This document shows positions 13,929 to 22,525 of a stretch of 64,000 bases of DNA, in pieces; positions within the stretch are counted from its first letter, which is position 1; every line of letters starts with the position of its first letter. This stretch comes from an uncultured delta proteobacterium (GTDB taxonomy: Bacteria; Desulfobacterota; Desulfobaccia; Desulfobaccales; 0-14-0-80-60-11), in NCBI GenBank assembly GCA_963697965.1, contig OY969108.1:1981326-2045325 (forward strand), given 5' to 3'. The notes under the pieces were generated by a model. It saw nothing but the letters and a program-made list of their open reading frames with translations. It made no database searches and was not told where the DNA came from. A program made the position numbers and the translations under genes.

Positions 13929-15059
13929 ATGGATGACACTGAAATATTTGATAGATTCTTGAAATCTCGTGGTCTTGGAGAGCGCTTTCCTCGAAGTGCC
14001 ATGCCCGAAGAACTTTGGAAGAAATCCTACGGATTTATCACCTATTGGGCGGAAAGCCTGATTGCCAGTGCGAGAGAACTCGTCCCAGGCCTACCGCCTA
14101 TCCATTTTGATTTTGTTCATAATCAAAACATTAATGCAGCCGCATTCAAAGCGGAAGGAAGATATTTCATCGCTTTTAATACTGGCACCCGGTATATGCT
14201 TGAATTAATTTTATTTCGAATGCTCTCGGACTCTGGACTATTCGATTTTGTTCCAAGCCCTGCTGGCGAAGATAGCACCTTGCCTCCACTGAAATACACT
14301 ATACGGGCCGAGGATATGTATCAAGCGGGTATTTTGCCTGTTCCTCCCAAAACAAAAGAACGGAGGTCCTACGCCACTATGTTGCTACACCGCGCGTTTA
14401 TGTTCCTCATAGGTCATGAACTTGCGCATATTACTTTTGGACACGTCGATTATGTGCTTTCAAAAAATGGTAGCGCATTTATACCTGAACTTGGGTGGAA
14501 TCTTTCAACCCAGGAAGCTATACTTGAAAGACAGGCTATCGAGGCTGCCGCTGATATGCGATCCGTTTATAGCGCTATCGGCTCCGCCCAGCTCCTTCAC
14601 GAAGCACCAATGCCTGACGAACCGACCTGGATTGACACTCGCCGATCTGTAAAGGACTTGCTTTTTGATTGGTCTTTTGCGATTAACGCTACCTGTCGAA
14701 TCTTCGGTGACGTAGAAGTTGAAGAATCAGACCTCTTGGAATTAAGCTACCCACCTTGGATTCTTCGCCGGTTTATGGCGGAATTGTATGCAGGTGTCGC
14801 TGCATCAGGTGTATGGAAACCGCCTGAAACAGCAGTTGAAATCGCCAAAATGCTTAGGGCCGGCTCAATTTATGCTGAAAAAGCGTTTTTGAGGGTTATG
14901 AATCAAGAGTATGGAGCAAAGGGGTTGTACCAAATAACAAAAACCCCCGTTGGCTTAGAATACTTCAAAAAGATACACGAATACTTAACTACTACGCTAT
15001 CTGCCAAACTTGAGCCGTTCGCGTACGAAAAACCTTTTTTCTTCGAAGAAGGGCTGTAG
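13929..15059 (+). CDS. hypothetical HExxH protein (putative zinc metallopeptidase), low-GC orphan
   Basis: 376 aa with a FLIGHELAHITFGH motif (HExxH plus a downstream H). It is visibly AT-richer than its neighbours. The family is unrecognised. Confidence 0.4.
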   Translation: MDDTEIFDRFLKSRGLGERFPRSAMPEELWKKSYGFITYWAESLIASARELVPGLPPIHFDFVHNQNINAAAFKAEGRYFIAFNTGTRYMLELILFRMLSDSGLFDFVPSPAGEDSTLPPLKYTIRAEDMYQAGILPVPPKTKERRSYATMLLHRAFMFLIGHELAHITFGHVDYVLSKNGSAFIPELGWNLSTQEAILERQAIEAAADMRSVYSAIGSAQLLHEAPMPDEPTWIDTRRSVKDLLFDWSFAINATCRIFGDVEVEESDLLELSYPPWILRRFMAELYAGVAASGVWKPPETAVEIAKMLRAGSIYAEKAFLRVMNQEYGAKGLYQITKTPVGLEYFKKIHEYLTTTLSAKLEPFAYEKPFFFEEGL

Positions 15060-15167
15060 ACCGGAAAAAGCACAGGTGGTGGTGCCGGAGATCACCTCCC
15101 CCCTGCCCCATCTCATCGCCTTTCCCGGTCATTGACTCTACTCTCCTCTTCCCATAAAATCATAGTA

Positions 15168-16217
15168 ATGCGCATTTATGTTTTGGGATTCATGGCCCTC
15201 GTTCTCCTGGCAGGAGCCCGGCCCGCGTTAGCCGAACCTGCCCCGCCCCCGCCGCATCCCCGCATCCTGGAAGCGACCCAGGCCCCCCGGGCCGCCCGGA
15301 TCATAAGCCGGGTACCCCTGGCCTACGCTCCGCTCATGTCTGAGCCGCAGCGGCGCCGCGACTTTCTCGAAGAGATCGAGCTGGCCAAACGCCTGCTGGG
15401 GGTCCGGCGCCTGGTGGAGATCCGCAAGGAGACCCTGGCCATGGTCCCGCCGGGCATGGAAGTCTCCTGGGAATACTTGAGATGGCGCCACTGGCCGGAC
15501 GGCGACCGGGTGGGAGTCACCCTGAGCGCGCCGGTTTGGGTCCCAGCCGGAGCCCGGAAGGTTCAAAGCTTCTGCGCCTTTGAGAAAAAATGGCAGACCG
15601 TGGCCCAGACCCCCAGCCGGCCGTCAGGCTACGTCTGGTTCTCCCCCAATCTGGCCGATATCAACGATAAGGCGCACTACCGCGCCGAAACCATCCAGTT
15701 CGAAGTGAACAGCAAGTTCGCCCCCATGCTGGGCCTGCTGCTGGAGTACATCTTCCGGGAGGGCTACTATGACCCGTCCAAACGTCTGCCCCTGATGGAC
15801 GTGAGGGGCGCCGAGGACACCTACGCGGTCAGCGCCCGGAGTGCGCCCCTAGTAGCGGAATGCCTCAGTTTCCCGGACAAGGAGAGCGGCAGCCTGGAGG
15901 CCAGCGTGGTCCGGCGCCGTTATGACAATCTGGCCGAGATCTACCACGGCCACCACGCTCCGGTATCCAACCATCGCCTCGGTCTGGCCTTCGACCTCAA
16001 TGACTTCAATTACCCCGGGGCGGTGGACGGCGCCCCCAATCCCGTGAGCCGTTCTTTGCGCCAGTTCAACCGGGATGCCATGCACAAACTCGACGCCCGC
16101 CAGATTCCGGAATGGGTCTATCAGGCCGCCCAGTCTTTAGGGTTGCGCATTCCCCAGGAATGGACCTACGAGGGCGGGGATACCGACTGGGAACATATGG
16201 ACGTGGGGACCAGGTGA
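15168..16217 (+). CDS. secreted LAS/M15-family metallopeptidase (VanY-like)
   Basis: The start is taken at ATG 15168 (MRIYVLGFMALVLLAGARPALA signal peptide). SNHRLGLAFDL and DWEHMD match the H-x6-D...H zinc site of peptidase M15. Confidence 0.6.
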   Translation: MRIYVLGFMALVLLAGARPALAEPAPPPPHPRILEATQAPRAARIISRVPLAYAPLMSEPQRRRDFLEEIELAKRLLGVRRLVEIRKETLAMVPPGMEVSWEYLRWRHWPDGDRVGVTLSAPVWVPAGARKVQSFCAFEKKWQTVAQTPSRPSGYVWFSPNLADINDKAHYRAETIQFEVNSKFAPMLGLLLEYIFREGYYDPSKRLPLMDVRGAEDTYAVSARSAPLVAECLSFPDKESGSLEASVVRRRYDNLAEIYHGHHAPVSNHRLGLAFDLNDFNYPGAVDGAPNPVSRSLRQFNRDAMHKLDARQIPEWVYQAAQSLGLRIPQEWTYEGGDTDWEHMDVGTR

Positions 16218-16219
16218 GA

Positions 16220-16248
16220 GTGGCCAGTGGCCAGTGATCAGTGGTCAG
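16220..16248 (+). repeat. CAGTGRYC-type short tandem array at a gene 3' end
   Basis: gtggccagtggccagtgatcagtggtcag begins 3 nt after the stop codon. Related arrays occur at 46879-46903 and 53559-53615. Confidence 0.7.
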
Positions 16249-16252
16249 TTTT

Positions 16253-16404
16253 GGTAGCCGCAGGCTTTAGCCTGCGTGAGCATATTTCATCTCGTTCCCA
16301 AGCTGAGTAAAAGACAGTCACCTAGGCCGGCCCGTAGTCGTCATTGGGGTGCAATGCACGCCCTATAATAGCATTTACGGCGCAGGCTAAAGCCTGCGGC
16401 TACA
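16253..16404. repeat. REP doublet (REPIN-like): two family-D hairpins in inverted orientation
   Basis: ggtagccgcaggctttagcctgcg at 16253-16277 and gcgcaggctaaagcctgcggctac at 16380-16404 are reverse complements about 100 bp apart. Confidence 0.7.
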
Positions 16405-16470
16405 TAAAATTGCCATGATTTTCCCAGCATTTGGTTTTCACCGAAAACCGAAAACTGAAAACCGGAAACT

Positions 16471-19386
16471 GTGTTAAAAGATTTCATCCAACAATTGCAA
16501 GAATCCGCGGAATACCGCGATATCATAAGTCATTACCGCTACTTGCCGGAAGTGGCGGCGGACTATGCTCCTAAAGACGCAGGTCTGCCGCCAGAGCTGA
16601 CCGCGGCCCTGCAACGCCAGGGGATCTCCCGGCTCTATCGCCACCAGGCCGAGGCCCTGGCGGCCATCCGGGCAGGCCGGAACGTGCTGGTTGCCACCCC
16701 CACCGCCAGCGGCAAGACCCTTATTTATAATTTGCCGGTGCTGGAATCGCTCTTGCAAGACGGGTCCGGTCATGCCCTCTACCTTTTTCCCCTGAAGGCC
16801 CTGGAACAGGATCAATTAAAGGCCCTCAAGGAACTGGACGCCGCCCTGCCCTCCCCTTTCCTGCGGGCGGCCATTTATGACGGCGACACCCCGCCGTCCC
16901 AGCGCCAGGCCATCAAGGCCAATCCTCCTCAGGTGCTCATCAGCAACCCGGACATGCTGCATATGGGATTGCTCCCCTACCACGCTTCCTGGTCCGGGTT
17001 TTTCTCCCGGCTCCGATTCGTGGTCATTGACGAAGTGCACACCTACCGGGGCATCATGGGCAGCCACATGGCCCAGGTGCTGCGGCGCCTGCGGCGCCTG
17101 TGCGCTCACTACGGCTCCAGTCCCCGCTTTATCCTGTCTTCCGCTACCATTGCCCGCCCGGAAGCCTTTGTCGCTCAGTTAACCGGGCTTGAGGTGGAAA
17201 CCATTGCCGCAAGCGGCGCTCCCCAGCCCGGCCGGCACTATCTCTTTCTCAATCCCCCGGGCGGGGCGCCCTCCGTCGCGGCCCAGATCTTTGCCCGGGC
17301 CATCCGCCAGGGCCTCAATACCATTTGCTTCACCCAGGCCCGCAAGCTCACAGAGCTCATCCATGTCTGGTCGCTGCGGCTGGCGCCGGAACTCAAGCGC
17401 CACATCAGTTCCTATCGCGCCGGGTATCTGCCGGAGGAGCGCCGCGAGATCGAGCGGGCCCTGGCCACCGGCAAGATGCGCGGAGTGATCTCCACCAGCG
17501 CCCTGGAGATGGGCATCGACATCGGCGGCCTGGACGTCTGCATCCTGGTTGGCTATCCCGGCACCATGGTCACCACCCGGCAACGCGCCGGCCGGGTGGG
17601 GCGGGCCGGCCGCGACTCCCTCATCGTCCTCTTGGCCCAGGCCGATGCTCTGGACCAGTATTTCCTGAAAAACCCGGACGAATTCTTTGGCCGCCCCCTG
17701 GAGACCGCGGTGGTGGACCCGGACAACCCCTACGTAGTCAAGGCCCACCTCCCCTGCGCCGCCCAGGAGCTACCTTTGAGGCTCCAAGGGGAGGTCTATT
17801 TCGACCTGGCGGTCCACGAGGCGGTAATTGCTGACCTGGTCCGGGAACGCCGCCTGCTCCTTGCCGCCGATGGCAATGCCTGGTTGGCCCGGGACCGCTT
17901 CCCCCAAAAGGAGGTGAATATCCGGGGCATAGGGGCAAGCTTCGCCATCTTCCAGACCGGCCATAAACGTCCCCTGGGCTCCATTGACGGCCACCGGGCC
18001 CTGCGGGAGTGCCATCCCGGAGCGGTCTATCTCCACAAGGCCCAGACCTGGGGGGTGGAACGCCTCGATTTAGAGCGGCGCAACGTTTGGGTCAATTCCG
18101 TTGAGCCCAACTACTTTACCCGTATCCAGACGGACAAGGAGACGGAAATCCTGGAGATCCTGGAGACCCGCCAGGCGGCTGTCTTCACCGCGCACATTGG
18201 CCGCCTCAAAGTAACCGAGCATATTTTGTCCTACGAGAAACGGCGTCTGCCCGGACAAGAGCTTATGGGAACGGTAACGCTCGAGCTGCCGCCCCAGATA
18301 TTTGAAACCGTGGGTATGTGGCTGGAAATCCCCGATGCCGTCAAAGACGCCATATATGCCGGCGGGGGGCACTTTATGGGCGGCATCCACGCCCTGGAGC
18401 ACGTCCTCATCAGCATGTTTCCCCTCTTTGCCCTGGCGGACCGCTATGACATCGGGGGCATTTCCCATCCGGCCCACCCCCAGGTGGGCCGGGCCGCCAT
18501 CTTCATCTACGACGGCTACCCCGGAGGGGTGGGGCTGTCGGTGCGGGCCTTCGAGATTCTGGAAGAACTGCTGCGCCGCGCCCGGGAAGTCACCGCCGCC
18601 TGTCCCTGCGAGGACGGCTGCCCCTCCTGCATCCATTCCCCCAAATGCGGCTCGGGCAACAAGCCCCTGGACAAGGAGGCAGCCGTGAGCATCGCCGCCA
18701 TGCTCCTCGGGTTGGAAGAGCCAGGGCGGGAAGACGATATTCCCTATCAGGAAACCGCCGCCGTCCCCATCACGGCCGCCGAGCCGCCCGCCGGCGACAC
18801 CTGGCTGGCCCGGCGAAAACTGGGATTTCTGGACCTGGAGACCCGCTGTTCCGCGGCCGACGTGGGCGGCTGGGGGCAATGCCACCGCATGGGCGTTTCC
18901 CTGGCGGTGCTGCACGAGACCAGCAGCGGCGAGGCCAGCGTTTACCGGGAGGCCGACCTGGACCGTCTTTGCCAGCGGCTGCAAGGGTTGGAGCTGGTGG
19001 TGGGCTTCAATATCAAGCGCTTCGACTACCAGGTGCTGCAGCCTTACACCCAGCTAAGGCTTAAGGATTTACCCACCCTGGACATCCTGGAAGAGGTTCA
19101 GGCCGTCCTGGGCCACCGGCTCTCCCTTAACCACCTGGCGGAGAAGACCCTTAACGAGTGCAAATCCGGGGACGGACTTCTGGCCCTGGAACTGTACGCT
19201 GCCGGCCGCTGGGAAGAACTCGAATCCTACTGCCGCCAGGACGTGGCCCTCACCCGCCGCATCTTCGAATTCGGGGTAGAGCACGGCTTCCTCATCTACC
19301 AGCACCGCCAGGGCGCCCTGGTGCGGTTGCCTCTGGACTGGCGGGAGGAACGCTTTTTTGGTAGCATGGGCCTCCCGCAGGTGTAA
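16471..19386 (+). CDS. MrfA/YprA-like DEXH helicase with DUF1998 zinc module, fused to a C-terminal DEDD (MrfB/YprB-like) exonuclease domain
   Basis: 971 aa (GTG start). Helicase motifs are ATPTASGKT, VIDEVH, SSAT and RAGRVGRAG. The DUF1998 Cys cluster is CPCEDGCPSCIHSPKCGSGN. The C-terminal ~200 aa carry FLDLET, GFNIKRFDYQVL and YCRQDVALT, which correspond to Exo I/II/III. Confidence 0.85.
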   Translation: MLKDFIQQLQESAEYRDIISHYRYLPEVAADYAPKDAGLPPELTAALQRQGISRLYRHQAEALAAIRAGRNVLVATPTASGKTLIYNLPVLESLLQDGSGHALYLFPLKALEQDQLKALKELDAALPSPFLRAAIYDGDTPPSQRQAIKANPPQVLISNPDMLHMGLLPYHASWSGFFSRLRFVVIDEVHTYRGIMGSHMAQVLRRLRRLCAHYGSSPRFILSSATIARPEAFVAQLTGLEVETIAASGAPQPGRHYLFLNPPGGAPSVAAQIFARAIRQGLNTICFTQARKLTELIHVWSLRLAPELKRHISSYRAGYLPEERREIERALATGKMRGVISTSALEMGIDIGGLDVCILVGYPGTMVTTRQRAGRVGRAGRDSLIVLLAQADALDQYFLKNPDEFFGRPLETAVVDPDNPYVVKAHLPCAAQELPLRLQGEVYFDLAVHEAVIADLVRERRLLLAADGNAWLARDRFPQKEVNIRGIGASFAIFQTGHKRPLGSIDGHRALRECHPGAVYLHKAQTWGVERLDLERRNVWVNSVEPNYFTRIQTDKETEILEILETRQAAVFTAHIGRLKVTEHILSYEKRRLPGQELMGTVTLELPPQIFETVGMWLEIPDAVKDAIYAGGGHFMGGIHALEHVLISMFPLFALADRYDIGGISHPAHPQVGRAAIFIYDGYPGGVGLSVRAFEILEELLRRAREVTAACPCEDGCPSCIHSPKCGSGNKPLDKEAAVSIAAMLLGLEEPGREDDIPYQETAAVPITAAEPPAGDTWLARRKLGFLDLETRCSAADVGGWGQCHRMGVSLAVLHETSSGEASVYREADLDRLCQRLQGLELVVGFNIKRFDYQVLQPYTQLRLKDLPTLDILEEVQAVLGHRLSLNHLAEKTLNECKSGDGLLALELYAAGRWEELESYCRQDVALTRRIFEFGVEHGFLIYQHRQGALVRLPLDWREERFFGSMGLPQV

Positions 19387-19574
19387 GAAATAGGTTTTCT
19401 TTGACTCGCCGCGGCCACCTCGCCTTCCACAACACTTGTCCCGAAACTCAAAACTAAAAAGTCAAGACCCAAAAGTTAAGATTGCCCTTTGGCCGCAATT
19501 GCCTTATAATTCTAAAAAATCAACCCGTTGTTCCCCGCTTAAGGCTTGGGAACGAGGAGACCGAAAAGGAGGTT

Positions 19575-20147
19575 ATGATGAATTCGACCAAAAAGGGCCT
19601 GGCCCTCGGTTGTTGTCTGGCACTGTTGCTCTGCTTTTGGGCCTCGCCGCTGTTGGCGGAAGAGGCGGAACCCGCGGTGGGCCAGGTGGTGGGCACGGTA
19701 ACCTTTGCCGCGCCCATGTCCGACGCGGACGCCAAATATCTGGGCCTGGCAAAGGCTGGCCCATTCACCCTCAAGGACGTCAAATCGCCGTATGTTCTGG
19801 TGGAGCAGTTCAATGTCTCCTGTCCCCATTGCATGCATGAGGCTCCGTTCCTGAACCAGGTTTTCGAACAGGTGCAGCAGGATCCCAATCTGAAGGGCAA
19901 GCTGAAATTTCTGGCCGCGGCCCAGGGCAGTGATTCGGGCCCCGTAATGGCGTGGAAGGTCATGCAAAAAGTTCAGTTCCCGTTAGTACCGGATCCCAAC
20001 AGCACCTTGGGCAAGGGCCTGAATTTCACCCCCTACCCGGTCACCATGCTCGTGGACAACCAAACCGGCAAGATCGTTTGGGTGCAAATCGGCGCCTTCG
20101 ATGACGTAGCAGAGGTCATGCAGGGAATTAAAGCGGCAGTAAAATAG
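19575..20147 (+). CDS. periplasmic thioredoxin-fold protein, TlpA/redoxin-like (paralog 1)
   Basis: ATG 19575 is preceded by AGGAGG. It has a signal peptide (MMNSTKKGLALGCCLALLLCFWASPLLA) and a CPHC active site. Confidence 0.75.
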   Translation: MMNSTKKGLALGCCLALLLCFWASPLLAEEAEPAVGQVVGTVTFAAPMSDADAKYLGLAKAGPFTLKDVKSPYVLVEQFNVSCPHCMHEAPFLNQVFEQVQQDPNLKGKLKFLAAAQGSDSGPVMAWKVMQKVQFPLVPDPNSTLGKGLNFTPYPVTMLVDNQTGKIVWVQIGAFDDVAEVMQGIKAAVK

Positions 20148-20205
20148 AAGTTATCATGGTGTATGGCGTCGCGGCCTAGCCCCTGAGGGCAGGCCCAAGC
20201 GCCTT

Positions 20206-20235
20206 GTAGGGGCGGGTTTAAAACCCGCCCCTACG
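20206..20235. repeat. REP hairpin, family C (GTAGGGGCGGGTTTAAAACCCGCCCCTAC)
   Basis: Perfect palindrome. Further copies lie at 25227-25255, 45382-45412 (variant) and 61543-61572. Confidence 0.75.
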
Positions 20236-20307
20236 CGCCTACGAGAAGCCAATCTCTTGGCAAGAGCGAAACCAAGATTTCCGATCAAAATGGGTTCAAG
20301 AAAATCG

Positions 20308-20862
20308 ATGAATCGAAAAGTTACTAGATTAGCTTTGTTAATCTGTGCGGCGCTGAGCCTGGCCCTATGCTCCGCCCTGATGGCGGCGCCGCTTGGGGTC
20401 GGCTTTCAGGCTGGAAATCTAAAGTTCGGCGAAACCATGACACCGGCGGATCAGGCCTATCTCGGGCTAAAGAATCCCGGGAAATTCGCCCTCAGGGATA
20501 TCCAGGCGGATTATGTGCTGGTCGAAGTCCTCAATGCCAACTGCCCGTTCTGCATGAGCCAGGCCGCCACCCTGAACCGGCTTTACCGTTTGGTGGAGGC
20601 CTCTGAGTTCAAGGACCGGATTAAGTTTATAGGGGTGGTGAGCAATTCCGCACCCGAGGCTGCCAATTGGAAAAGGGCTTATAAGGTGCCCTTTCCTATA
20701 ATTGCCGATCCCGAATGGGTGATCGGCAACGATATTCTCAAGATCACCGGGACCCCCACCACGGTGGTGCTGGATAAAGAGGGCAAGGTCATTATTTTCC
20801 ATGACGGCCTCTTTGCCGACGCCGATAAGGCCTTCCAGGGGCTGCGCGCCAGGATAAAATGA
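20308..20862 (+). CDS. periplasmic thioredoxin-fold protein, TlpA/redoxin-like (paralog 2)
   Basis: Signal peptide MNRKVTRLALLICAALSLALCSALMA and a CPFC active site. The start is uncertain (20257, 20290 or 20308). Confidence 0.7.
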   Translation: MNRKVTRLALLICAALSLALCSALMAAPLGVGFQAGNLKFGETMTPADQAYLGLKNPGKFALRDIQADYVLVEVLNANCPFCMSQAATLNRLYRLVEASEFKDRIKFIGVVSNSAPEAANWKRAYKVPFPIIADPEWVIGNDILKITGTPTTVVLDKEGKVIIFHDGLFADADKAFQGLRARIK

Positions 20863-21380
20863 CGGAAAAAGGGCCTTCAGCAAAGACGTCAGCCACGGGT
20901 CTGCAGGCTGTGCTGGTGGCCACGGACTTTTCCCAGCGCGCCGCGGCAGCCTTGCAAATGGCCCAAATCCTGGCCCGGCCTTTCAGCTCCAGGCTGATTC
21001 TGCTGCACGTCATCGATCAGCGGATGTTGGAGCAAATTTCCGGCTACCTGGGGGAGCCTGCGGATGCCTTGCTGCCCGGCTTCCGGAGGCGGGCCCAGCA
21101 GCAAATGGACGAATTCCTCCGGGGGGTCAAGCCCGGACCCCTGGAGGTGGAAACCCTGGTGGCCGTTGGGCTGCCCTTCCAGGAGATCGCGGTGGTGGCC
21201 AGGGATCTGGCGGTGGATCTGGTGGTCATGGGCGGCTACGGCCGGGGCGGGCGCGGACCCCTGGAAGAGGTCTTTTTCGGGTCCACCGCGGAAAAGGTGG
21301 TGCGCCTCCTTCCCTGTCCGGTCCTATGCGTGCCAACGGCTGCCGCCGGTTCAGAGCCCCCGGATCGCTCTCACACTTAG
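20859..21380 (+). CDS. universal stress protein (UspA family)
   Basis: 173 aa with VLVATDFS...LLHV...DLVVMGGYGRGG...GSTAEKVVR, the USP ATP-binding pattern. Confidence 0.8.
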   Translation: MTEKGPSAKTSATGLQAVLVATDFSQRAAAALQMAQILARPFSSRLILLHVIDQRMLEQISGYLGEPADALLPGFRRRAQQQMDEFLRGVKPGPLEVETLVAVGLPFQEIAVVARDLAVDLVVMGGYGRGGRGPLEEVFFGSTAEKVVRLLPCPVLCVPTAAAGSEPPDRSHT

Positions 21381-21381
21381 C

Positions 21382-21451
21382 CGTAGGGTGGGCACTGCCC
21401 ACCAAATCCTTGTGGTTTTAATTTTTCGTTGCCAAGCTCCTGCTTGGGGAC
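21382..21451. repeat. REP family B hairpin plus CCAAGC...GCTTGG hairpin
   Basis: cgtagggtgggcactgcccacc at 21382-21403, followed by cgttgccaagctcctgcttggggac at 21427-21451. Confidence 0.7.
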
Positions 21452-21630
21452 CAGGGTTCATGGTTAATGTGGGGCGGGCGCCAACCCAAAGGGGGACTTT
21501 TGTAGTATTGGTGCTTAGATTTTCTTGATTTAATGCCATACTATTCGTAAAGACTTGTCATAGATCTATTGGGCGGCCTGGGACCGCCGGTTATCCGGCG
21601 CCATCAGTGGCCCCAAGAGGAAAAAGAACC

Positions 21631-22188
21631 ATGCGACGTCTCCTGCTTGTTATCTCGATTTGCCTGAGCTTGTGGATACCCTCCCAGGCGAGGGTAGCCT
21701 GGGCGGAGCCCCAGGTGGGTCAGCGCTTCGGGGGCCTCACCTTCAGCGGCACCATTTCCGAAGCCGACCGGCGCTATCTGGGTCTGACCCGGCCCGGTGC
21801 ATTCACCTTGGATAATATCCACGCCCGCTACCTGCTGATCCAGATTTTCTCCGACGCCTGCCCCCATTGCACTGCCCAGGCCCCGGTAGTTAAACGGCTG
21901 TTCCAGGAGATTTCCGCCAACCCGTCATTAAACGACGGCACCCTGAAGATGGTGGGGCTCGGTTATTACGGCACCCCGGCGCTGATGGAGAGATGGCGGG
22001 AAAAGTATGGGGCGCCCTTCCCTCTCATCCCGGACACCGGGGGCCAGATCTTCAGGACCATGGGTATTCCCGGCACCCCCACTTACGTGGTTCTGGATAG
22101 CCAAGGCACGGTGGTCTTTGTATCGGTTGGGGAGATCGCCGATACCCGGAGTTTTATCCGGGAGTTGCTGGCCCATCTGGCGCATTAA
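21631..22188 (+). CDS. periplasmic thioredoxin-fold protein, TlpA/redoxin-like (paralog 3)
   Basis: ATG 21631, signal peptide MRRLLLVISICLSLWIPSQA, and a CPHC active site. It shares an ADxxYLGL...F.L motif with paralogs 1 and 2. Confidence 0.75.
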   Translation: MRRLLLVISICLSLWIPSQARVAWAEPQVGQRFGGLTFSGTISEADRRYLGLTRPGAFTLDNIHARYLLIQIFSDACPHCTAQAPVVKRLFQEISANPSLNDGTLKMVGLGYYGTPALMERWREKYGAPFPLIPDTGGQIFRTMGIPGTPTYVVLDSQGTVVFVSVGEIADTRSFIRELLAHLAH

Positions 22189-22192
22189 AGGC

Positions 22193-22510
22193 GGTTTTCG
22201 GTTTTCGGTTTTCGGTGAAAGGCAAAATCCAAATCAAAGGCCCTTGGCAAAAACAGAAAACAGTAAAATCACAGGCTGTAGGGTGGGCATGAGTCCACCA
22301 ATTCCTTAGAAAAGAACCGCTTAAGCGAACCGCAGACTGTTTTCACTTCTCGTTCCCAAGCTCCCGCCCCATTCCTCGTTCCCGAGCTCCTGCTTGGGAA
22401 CGTCAATTTTAACCCAAGCTCTGCTTGGGGACATCTTGATATCACCCCCAACCTACTGATACTTCGTGATATTTTTTGCCAAGCAAACTGTAGGGTGGGC
22501 ACTGCCCACC
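22193..22510. repeat. repeat cluster (GAAAAC array, two family-B REPs, CCCAAGC/GCTTGGG hairpins)
   Basis: ggttttcggttttcggttttcgg at 22193-22215. GTAGGGTGGGCA... at 22277-22299 and 22489-22510. cgttcccaagc...gcttgggaacg units at 22349-22430. Confidence 0.75.
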
Positions 22511-22525
22511 AATTCCTTATAGTAT

